64,000 bases of DNA from positions 53,545 through 117,544 of the forward strand of contig JAAUZJ010000007.1 in assembly GCA_014804695.1 (NCBI GenBank). The letters run 5' to 3'. Numbering within the stretch: the stretch's first letter is position 1; the number at the start of each line of letters is the position of its first letter. The position numbers and the translations under genes are program-made. Under the pieces are notes generated by a model that was not told the DNA's origin, made no database searches, and worked only from the letters and a program-made list of their open reading frames with translations. The DNA comes from Lachnospiraceae bacterium (GTDB lineage Bacteria > Bacillota > Clostridia > Lachnospirales > Lachnospiraceae). Below are positions 38,749-45,420 of this stretch, piece after piece.

Positions 38749-40806
38749 ATGATGAAAAATAGTGTAAAATTGAAAGGAAGATTGAAGTCATATTTACAGT
38801 CTTCTCTATACCTGGGGTTTTTATTAATAGCGTTAGATTTACTTATTTATTTGATTGATTATCATGCAGGAATGATACTGACCTGCTTTCTTGTATTTTA
38901 TTTTGCAATTATTATTTCTTTAATGTTTTATAATAAGCCTATTATTATTAATGAGCTGATCAGTTTTGCAACGCAGTATGGTCAGATACAGAGGCGGCTT
39001 CTGCGTGATCTGGACCTGCCTCATGCACTGTTGGATGATGCGGGTAAGATTATCTGGACTAATATTGCATTCGAGAAAGCAGTTGATAAAGAAAAAGGTT
39101 ATAGGAAATCTATCACCTCTCTTTTTCCATCCATTACGAAAGAAAGGCTTCCGGGAGTGAATGGAGAAGATGAAGTTGAGTTTAGCGTGGAGTATGGACC
39201 ATGTAATTACACTGCTAAGCTTAAGAAAATTTCCTTAAAGGAAATGGCTCAGAACAGTGATATTATAGAAGCCAAAGACTATGAAGGCTATTTGATCGCG
39301 CTGTATTTGTTTGATGAAACCGCGCTTAAGATAGCCCTTCAGGAAGTGGACGACCAGAGTCTTGCAGTTGCACTGATTTACTTAGATAACTATGAAGAAG
39401 CGTTAGAAAGCGTAGAAGAAGTCAGAAGGTCTTTGCTGATTGCTTTAATAGACAGAAAAGTAAATAAGTATATTGCGGCACTGGATGGCATCTGTAAGAA
39501 GCTGGAGAAAGATAAATATCTGGTTGTTATGAGGAAAAAAGCGGTTTCGCTTCTTCAGGAAAGCCGTTTTGATATATTAGAAGATGTTAAGACCGTTAAT
39601 ATAGGTAATGAGATGGCGGTTACAATCAGCGTAGGCGTTGGTCTGAGCGGTCTTACTTATGCACAGAATTATGAATTTGCAAGAAATGCAATAGATTTAG
39701 CACTAGGACGCGGCGGTGATCAGGCGGTTGTCAAAATGCCTGAAAATATTATTTATTATGGCGGAAAGAGCCAGCAGGTTGAGAAGAGCACTCGTGTTAA
39801 AGCCAGAGTAAAGGCGCATGCCCTTAGGGAAATTATTTCTGTTAAGGATGAGATTTATGTTATGGGGCATCATTTGGGAGATACCGACAGCTTTGGAGCA
39901 TCGGTCGGAATTTACCGAATTGCTGTTGCACTTGGCAAACGGGCGCATATTGTACTGAATGATGTTACTGCTTCCATGCAGCCTATGGTGGATATGTTCA
40001 GGAACAATGATAATTATGAGGACGATATGATCATAAGCGGCGTTCAGGCGATGGATATGATTGGAAATAATGCTGTTTTGGTTGTTGTGGACGTTAATAA
40101 ACCCAGCATTACTGAATGTCCGGATTTACTTAAGCGCTGCAACTCGATTGTGGTGTTAGATCACCATAGACAGGGTACCGAAGTTATTGAAAATGCAACA
40201 TTGTCTTATGTGGAGGCGTATGCATCTTCTACCTGTGAAATGGTTTCCGAAATCTTACAGTATATAAATGACGGAACAAAACTTAAATCAGAAGAGGCGG
40301 CCTGTCTATATGCAGGTATTATGATCGATACCAATAACTTTATGACTAAGACGGGTGTACGAACGTTTGAGGCAGCGGCATATCTTAGAAGAAACGGTGC
40401 TGACGTGACTTGGATACGTAAGCTTTTTAGGGATGATGCGGCGGAATATAAGGCTAAAGCTGATGCTGTCAGCCAGGCTGAGATTTACAGGCAATCATAT
40501 GCTATTTCCGTCTGTCATGGAGAGCATGTACAGAGTCCTACCGTTGTGGGGGCGCAGGCAGCAAATGAGCTGTTGAATATCAAAGGCGTCAAGGCAAGTT
40601 TTGTGCTTACCGAATATGACGGAATGATATACATTTCTGCACGGTCTATCGACGAGGTTAACGTACAGGTGATCATGGAGCGTATGGGTGGCGGCGGTCA
40701 TATGACTATGGCTGGATGTCAGCTAAGGGATAGCAGTGTGGAAGGTGGAATCATAGTGATCAAAAATACGCTGGATACCATGATTGAAGATGGAGAATTA
40801 GGTTAG
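38749..40806 (+). CDS. gdpP: Cyclic-di-AMP phosphodiesterase GdpP (DHH/DHHA1, YybT-like)
   Basis: Two N-terminal TM helices, PAS-like and degenerate GGDEF-like regions, a DHH motif (VMGHHLGDTDSFGA, VLDHHR) and DHHA1 GGGGH. The gdpP-rplI-dnaB order matches B. subtilis. Confidence 0.9.
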   Translation: MMKNSVKLKGRLKSYLQSSLYLGFLLIALDLLIYLIDYHAGMILTCFLVFYFAIIISLMFYNKPIIINELISFATQYGQIQRRLLRDLDLPHALLDDAGKIIWTNIAFEKAVDKEKGYRKSITSLFPSITKERLPGVNGEDEVEFSVEYGPCNYTAKLKKISLKEMAQNSDIIEAKDYEGYLIALYLFDETALKIALQEVDDQSLAVALIYLDNYEEALESVEEVRRSLLIALIDRKVNKYIAALDGICKKLEKDKYLVVMRKKAVSLLQESRFDILEDVKTVNIGNEMAVTISVGVGLSGLTYAQNYEFARNAIDLALGRGGDQAVVKMPENIIYYGGKSQQVEKSTRVKARVKAHALREIISVKDEIYVMGHHLGDTDSFGASVGIYRIAVALGKRAHIVLNDVTASMQPMVDMFRNNDNYEDDMIISGVQAMDMIGNNAVLVVVDVNKPSITECPDLLKRCNSIVVLDHHRQGTEVIENATLSYVEAYASSTCEMVSEILQYINDGTKLKSEEAACLYAGIMIDTNNFMTKTGVRTFEAAAYLRRNGADVTWIRKLFRDDAAEYKAKADAVSQAEIYRQSYAISVCHGEHVQSPTVVGAQAANELLNIKGVKASFVLTEYDGMIYISARSIDEVNVQVIMERMGGGGHMTMAGCQLRDSSVEGGIIVIKNTLDTMIEDGELG

Positions 40807-40858
40807 TATTATACGTAAATGTATGAATGATATCCTATGAGAAAGGTGTGACGATACA

Positions 40859-41305
40859 ATGAAGATTATTTTATTACAGGATGTTAAATCATTGGGCAAG
40901 CAGGGTGAAATCGTAGATGTAAGCGATGGTTATGCAAGAAATTTTATTCTGCCTAAGAAAGTTGGCTTAGAAGCAAATTCTAAGAATCTGAATGATTTAA
41001 AACTGCAAAAGGCTAATGAAGAGAAAAGAGCCCAGGAACTGCTGGAGGAAGCAAAAGAGCTTGCTAAGGTTTTAGAAACCAAAGAAGTAGTGGTTAAAAT
41101 GAAATCAGGTGAAGGTGGTAAAACTTTTGGTTCTATTTCTTCTAAGGAAATTGCAGTTGAAGCAAAGAAACAATGCGATTTAGAGTTGGATAAAAAGAAA
41201 ATTCAATTACCGGAACCAATCAAGGCATTAGGGGCATATGAAGTTACCGTTAAACTTCATCCTAAGGTAAGCGCTAAACTTAAGGTAAAGGTTATTGAAG
41301 AATAG
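40859..41305 (+). CDS. rplI: 50S ribosomal protein bL9
   Basis: [32 protein letters not shown]-type N-terminus. Confidence 0.97.
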   Translation: [148 protein letters not shown]

Positions 41306-41323
41306 TAGAAGGTGGGATTAGAT

Positions 41324-42664
41324 ATGCCGCAGCCAATGGAAGAGGCATTATTGAAAAGAATACTGCCACACAGCATTGAGGCGGAGCAGTCAGTCATAGG
41401 TTCTATGATCATGGACAGGGAAGCGATCATAGTAGCTTCCGAGATTATTGTGGGCGATGACTTTTACAGTAAACAGTATGGCATCCTTTTTGAGACTATG
41501 GTAGAGTTAAATGATGAGGGTAAGCCGGTGGATCTTGTAACTTTGCAGGACAGGCTTAAGGAAAAGGATGTGCCGCCGGAGGTAAGCAGTCTGGAATTTG
41601 TAAGAGACCTGATTACCGCAGTACCCACATCTGCCAATATTAAATATTATGCTAATATAGTGGCGGAGAAGTCCACTCTGCGTAAACTTATTAAACTGAA
41701 TGAAGAGATTGCGAATACCTGTTATGTAGGACGTGAGAGCCTTGAAAATATTCTTGAAAATACGGAAAAAAGGGTATTTGATTTAGTACAGCGCAGAAAT
41801 ACCGATGAATTTGTCCCAATCAGGCAAATTGTTATGAACGCTATGGACCGAATCGAACGGGCCTCCCATAATAAGGGTAATGTAACAGGCGTTGCAACAG
41901 GTTTTATAGATTTGGATTACAGAACGGCCGGAATGCAGCCCTCAGATTTGATTCTGGTAGCGGCAAGACCTTCTATGGGTAAAACGGCGTTTGTACTTAA
42001 TATTGCCGAATATGTGGCATTTAAACAAAATCAGACAGTAGCAATATTTAGCCTGGAGATGTCTAAAGAGCAGCTGGTGAACCGACTTTTTTCTATGGAA
42101 TCCAAAGTTGATTCGCAGCATATCAGGACGGGGAACCTTTCAGATGAAGAGTGGGAGAAACTTATTGAGAGCGCCGGTTTGATCGGTAAATCTAACCTGA
42201 TAATTGACGATACGCCGGGTATAAGTATTTCGGAACTGCGTTCTAAATGCCGTAAGTATAAGCTGGAACATGGGTTGGAAATGATCATAATCGATTATCT
42301 TCAGTTGATGACCGGCAGCGGCCGTACAGATTCAAGACAGCAGGAAATTTCCGATATATCGCGTTCACTGAAAGCGCTGGCAAGGGAGCTGAATGTGCCT
42401 GTGATCGCGTTATCCCAGCTCAGCCGTGCAGTAGAACAGAGACCGGATCACAGACCTATGCTTTCGGATCTGCGTGAATCCGGAGCGATAGAGCAGGATG
42501 CCGATGTGGTAATGTTTATTTACAGAGACGATTATTATAATAAGGATACGGAGAAAAAAAATATTGCCGAAATTATTATTGCCAAGCAGAGAAACGGCCC
42601 AATCGGAACCATAGAATTAGTCTGGCTGCCTGACTTTACGAAGTTCGGAAATCTACAAAAATAG
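41324..42664 (+). CDS. dnaB: Replicative DNA helicase
   Basis: PHSIEAEQSVIGSMI, Walker A ARPSMGKTAF, IIIDYLQLM and AKQRNGP. I prefer the ATG at 41324 (GAAGGTGGG RBS) over the GTG at 41312. Confidence 0.97.
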   Translation: MPQPMEEALLKRILPHSIEAEQSVIGSMIMDREAIIVASEIIVGDDFYSKQYGILFETMVELNDEGKPVDLVTLQDRLKEKDVPPEVSSLEFVRDLITAVPTSANIKYYANIVAEKSTLRKLIKLNEEIANTCYVGRESLENILENTEKRVFDLVQRRNTDEFVPIRQIVMNAMDRIERASHNKGNVTGVATGFIDLDYRTAGMQPSDLILVAARPSMGKTAFVLNIAEYVAFKQNQTVAIFSLEMSKEQLVNRLFSMESKVDSQHIRTGNLSDEEWEKLIESAGLIGKSNLIIDDTPGISISELRSKCRKYKLEHGLEMIIIDYLQLMTGSGRTDSRQQEISDISRSLKALARELNVPVIALSQLSRAVEQRPDHRPMLSDLRESGAIEQDADVVMFIYRDDYYNKDTEKKNIAEIIIAKQRNGPIGTIELVWLPDFTKFGNLQK

Positions 42665-42694
42665 AAGTGTATTAAGAAAAGTTATTATAAGTAC

Positions 42695-42728
42695 AAAAGA
42701 GACAAGCCATAGCCGGTTTGTCTCTTTT
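42695..42728 (+). terminator. Rho-independent terminator after dnaB
   Basis: AAAAGAGACAA-loop-TTTGTCTCTTTT. Confidence 0.75.
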
Positions 42729-42754
42729 GCGTTTTGCAGAAAGGGGAATGAAAA

Positions 42755-43387
42755 ATGAATCAAGAAACCTTATTAATTTCAGAAGCAGCGAAGCAGGTAC
42801 AGGTAGAGACGCATGTTCTTAGATACTGGGAAGAGGAATTGCAGCTCCCGATCAAAAGAAATGAAATGGGACATAGGTATTATACAATGGAGGATGTGAA
42901 GCAGTTTAGGGAAATTAAGCTGTTAAAGGAACAAGGGCTGCAATTGAAAGCGATTAGGAGTATTCTGCAAAAAGACGATTTGATTACCAAAACTGAAGAT
43001 AAAGATTCAGAGACAGTCCAAGCGGAGGAGAAAGCAGCAGATTATATGCTTGGTAAGCGGCAGAAATTTATTGTTTCTCTATCGGATGATAATGTTAAAG
43101 AAGAAAAAGCTAAACGCTTACAGTATCTGCTTCAGCATATGATAACGGAAAGTGTAAAAAGCGCAAATAGGGATATGTGTGCCGAGATAAAAGAAAGTGT
43201 CCTAAAAGAGTTAGACTATCAGTTCCGCGCCAGGGATGAGCGTGAGGAAGAGCATTGGAAGAATGAAGAGGAACATTACCGTAAAATTGATGAAATGCTT
43301 AGGCAGCACTATAAAATTAAGGAAAAACCGCCTAAAAAGGAACGCAAAAGAAGAAATAAGAAAGGCTTTATTGGTAATCAGAGTTAA
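42755..43387 (+). CDS. MerR family transcriptional regulator with K/E-rich C-terminal region
   Basis: N-terminal MerR HTH (LISEAAKQVQVETHVLRYWEEELQLPIKRNEMGHRYY). Confidence 0.8.
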   Translation: MNQETLLISEAAKQVQVETHVLRYWEEELQLPIKRNEMGHRYYTMEDVKQFREIKLLKEQGLQLKAIRSILQKDDLITKTEDKDSETVQAEEKAADYMLGKRQKFIVSLSDDNVKEEKAKRLQYLLQHMITESVKSANRDMCAEIKESVLKELDYQFRARDEREEEHWKNEEEHYRKIDEMLRQHYKIKEKPPKKERKRRNKKGFIGNQS

Positions 43388-43407
43388 CAGATTTATACTG
43401 CTATACT

Positions 43408-43448
43408 AAAAAGGCCTTCATCCATTGTTTGTTGGATGAAGACCTTTT
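43408..43448. terminator. Bidirectional terminator (MerR gene on +, ferredoxin gene on -)
   Basis: AAAAAGGCCTTCATCCA-loop-TGGATGAAGACCTTTT, with A/T runs on both sides. Confidence 0.7.
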
Positions 43449-43466
43449 GTAATTATCTGTGGTTAA

Positions 43467-43637
43467 TTATGCCTGAGAAATAGCACCTGTTGGGCATGTT
43501 CCTGCGCAAGAACCACAATCGATACACTTATCAGCATCGATTTCAAATTTGCCATCTCCCATGCTGATAGCTCCTACCGGGCACTGAGCTTCACAAGCAC
43601 CGCATGCTACACAAGCATCGCCAATTACGTATGCCAT
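43467..43637 (-). CDS. fdx: Clostridial-type 2x[4Fe-4S] ferredoxin (56 aa; absent from the ORF track because it is under 60 aa)
   Basis: My manual translation is MAYVIGDACVACGACEAQCPVGAISMGDGKFEIDADKCIDCGSCAGTCPTGAISQA. It has two CxxCxxCxxxCP motifs and an AAGGAGG RBS 8 nt upstream of the ATG. Confidence 0.9.
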   Translation of the reverse strand: MAYVIGDACVACGACEAQCPVGAISMGDGKFEIDADKCIDCGSCAGTCPTGAISQA

Positions 43638-43668
43638 AATCATATCCTCCTTATAGTTGTATAAGCAT

Positions 43669-43688
43669 AGTGATAAAAATTTATCACT
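43669..43688. promoter_or_regulatory. Palindromic operator candidate in the ferredoxin promoter
   Basis: AGTGATAAA-AA-TTTATCACT, with perfect 9-bp arms. It lies just downstream of the predicted -10, so it would overlap the transcription start. Confidence 0.35.
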
Positions 43689-43691
43689 TAT

Positions 43692-43720
43692 ATTCTAATA
43701 TAAAAATGAAGAATATACAA
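43692..43720 (-). promoter_or_regulatory. Sigma-A-type promoter for the ferredoxin gene
   Basis: On the minus strand: TTGTAT, a 17-nt spacer, then TAGAAT. Confidence 0.45.
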
Positions 43721-43722
43721 GC

Positions 43723-43821
43723 TTAATTCTCGTCATCTTTTTTCTTTTTCATCTTAATAAGGTTGCCGATAATAGCGATTCCTGCAACTACTACAAAAGC
43801 GATGGTTACAATTGTTTCCAT
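43723..43821 (-). CDS. Possible 32-aa small membrane protein
   Basis: My manual translation is METIVTIAFVVVAGIAIIGNLIKMKKKKDDEN: one TM helix and a basic/acidic tail. A GGGGAGG RBS lies 9 nt upstream. It sits 63 nt downstream of pflA with no terminator between them. Confidence 0.3.
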   Translation of the reverse strand: METIVTIAFVVVAGIAIIGNLIKMKKKKDDEN

Positions 43822-43884
43822 AATGTATTCTACCTCCCCTGAAATATATTTTTATCTTAACAGAATCCTTGCAGAGCGTGGATT

Positions 43885-44640
43885 CTATTGTTGTTCAGCG
43901 CGGCGTTTACGTATGCCTTCAAGAATTACTTCTTTTTTCTCAAGTAACAGTTTCTTCTCCATTGCGGGAACGCCCTTTAGTTTATATTCAATGCCTAACT
44001 TCTGATACTTATTTTCGCCCATTGTATGATATGGAAGTGCATCTAAGGCTTTCAGGTTTTTAAACTGGCCGATAAAATATCCAAGTTTATACAGATACTC
44101 ATCGTCATCGGTAAGTCCCGGAACAATGACATGGCGGATCCACATATCGACATTTTTTTCATTCAGATATGCGGCAAAAGCAAGGATGCCTTCGTTGGGC
44201 TGGCTGGTAAGTTCCTTATGCTTTTCAGGATCAATGTGCTTGATATCGAGCATAACAAGGTCTGTCAGCGTCATTAATTTATCCAGTTTAGCAAGCCATT
44301 CGGGATTGCCGTTTGGTTTATAAGCGATTCCGGAAGAGTCGATGCAGGTGTGAATTCCTTTTTTCTTGGCAAGTGTAAAAAGGTCAATGAGAAAGTCAAC
44401 CTGCATAAGCGGTTCACCGCCCGTTACAGTGATTCCGCCACCTTTATAGAAACTTACATTCCGCTCATACTGCTCGATTATATATTCCGGCTCCATTAAA
44501 GTACCGCCGTTCATCTCCCATGTATCAGGATTGTGGCAGTAGGCGCATCGCATGGGACAGCCCTGAACGAATACAACAAAGCGGACTCCCGGACCGTCCA
44601 CCGTACCAAAACTTTCTAACGAGTGAATTCTTCCTTGCAT
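43885..44640 (-). CDS. pflA: Pyruvate formate-lyase activating enzyme (radical SAM)
   Basis: GTVDGPGVRFVVFVQGCPMRCAYCHNPDTW (CxxxCxxC cluster) and GGGITVTGGEP. Confidence 0.95.
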   Translation of the reverse strand: MQGRIHSLESFGTVDGPGVRFVVFVQGCPMRCAYCHNPDTWEMNGGTLMEPEYIIEQYERNVSFYKGGGITVTGGEPLMQVDFLIDLFTLAKKKGIHTCIDSSGIAYKPNGNPEWLAKLDKLMTLTDLVMLDIKHIDPEKHKELTSQPNEGILAFAAYLNEKNVDMWIRHVIVPGLTDDDEYLYKLGYFIGQFKNLKALDALPYHTMGENKYQKLGIEYKLKGVPAMEKKLLLEKKEVILEGIRKRRAEQQ

Positions 44641-44803
44641 AGTTTATAGCCTTCTTTCTGTTTATTTTGATTATATTTATGATATTATTTTGTATTAATA
44701 TTTACATTCTATGTAATAAGTATTGTCAAGCTAGATATAGTATACCCTGTCATGGATAAAAAAACCAGTCTTTTATATTATAAATGCAGTTATAAATCAC
44801 ATA

Positions 44804-44845
44804 TAAAAAGCTGCACACCGTTAAACATAACGGATGTGCAGCTCT
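44804..44845 (-). terminator. Rho-independent terminator after the glycyl-radical-domain ORF
   Basis: On the minus strand: AGAGCTGCACAtCCGTTA-loop-TAACGGtGTGCAGCT followed by TTTTTAT. Confidence 0.75.
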
Positions 44846-44883
44846 TAGAATTTCAGTAATTCAATCAGCCATCTTGCGACTAA

Positions 44884-45129
44884 TTAGATACTCTCATGGA
44901 ATGTACGAGAGATAACGTCAGCCTGCTGTTCAGGTGTTAATTTAATGAAATTAACAGCATATCCGGAAACGCGGATTGTAAGCTGAGGATAGTTCTCGGG
45001 ATGTTTCTGAGCGTCTAATAAAGTATCTCTGTTGAGAACGTTTACATTAAGATGATGACCGCCTTTTGTTGCATAACCATCTAATAATGATACCAGGTTA
45101 TCTACCTGAGCTGTGTTTGTTTCTGCCAT
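44884..45129 (-). CDS. Stand-alone glycyl-radical domain protein (GrcA/YfiD-like; equals the missing PFL C-terminus)
   Basis: [81 protein letters not shown]. It contains the RVSGYAV radical-glycine motif and has its own AGGAGG RBS. Confidence 0.88.
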   Translation of the reverse strand: MAETNTAQVDNLVSLLDGYATKGGHHLNVNVLNRDTLLDAQKHPENYPQLTIRVSGYAVNFIKLTPEQQADVISRTFHESI

Positions 45130-45192
45130 TTTAATTTCCTCCTCTAATATTCATATAGTCATAATTCGATAGCATGCGCTAACTTAAGGGTT

Positions 45193-45396
45193 TTAACGAA
45201 AATCATCAAGACCTTGTTCCAGAGTTGGAACACTGCATGCTAATGGTGTTCTGGAACAGTCAGTACATCCCATAGTCTGTACTTCTTTAGAATTATTGGA
45301 TTCGGCATCTACATCGACATTAACATGACCGACACCCTGTGCCATTCCTGAATCCATCATTTTGATAAAATCATCAATCATCTGTTTATCGTCCAT
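45193..45396 (-). CDS. Small Cys-containing ORF inside the PFL split (67 aa from ATG; 70 aa from GTG 45405)
   Basis: MDDKQMIDDFIKMMDSGMAQGVGHVNVDVDAESNNSKEVQTMGCTDCSRTPLACSVPTLEQGLDDFR. An AAAGGTGG RBS lies 5 nt upstream of the ATG. It has weak similarity to the glycyl-radical domain but no RVSGY motif. Confidence 0.55.
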   Translation of the reverse strand: MDDKQMIDDFIKMMDSGMAQGVGHVNVDVDAESNNSKEVQTMGCTDCSRTPLACSVPTLEQGLDDFR

Positions 45397-45420
45397 AACA
45401 ACCACCTTTATCTGTTTTTA

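Noticed and set aside
30637-40806. cdaA-cdaR-glmM and gdpP lying within 7 kb of each other as a special c-di-AMP island.
   Set aside because: Both loci are in their standard Firmicute contexts (cdaA-cdaR-glmM, and gdpP-rplI-dnaB). Their proximity reflects conserved origin-proximal synteny, not a novel system.
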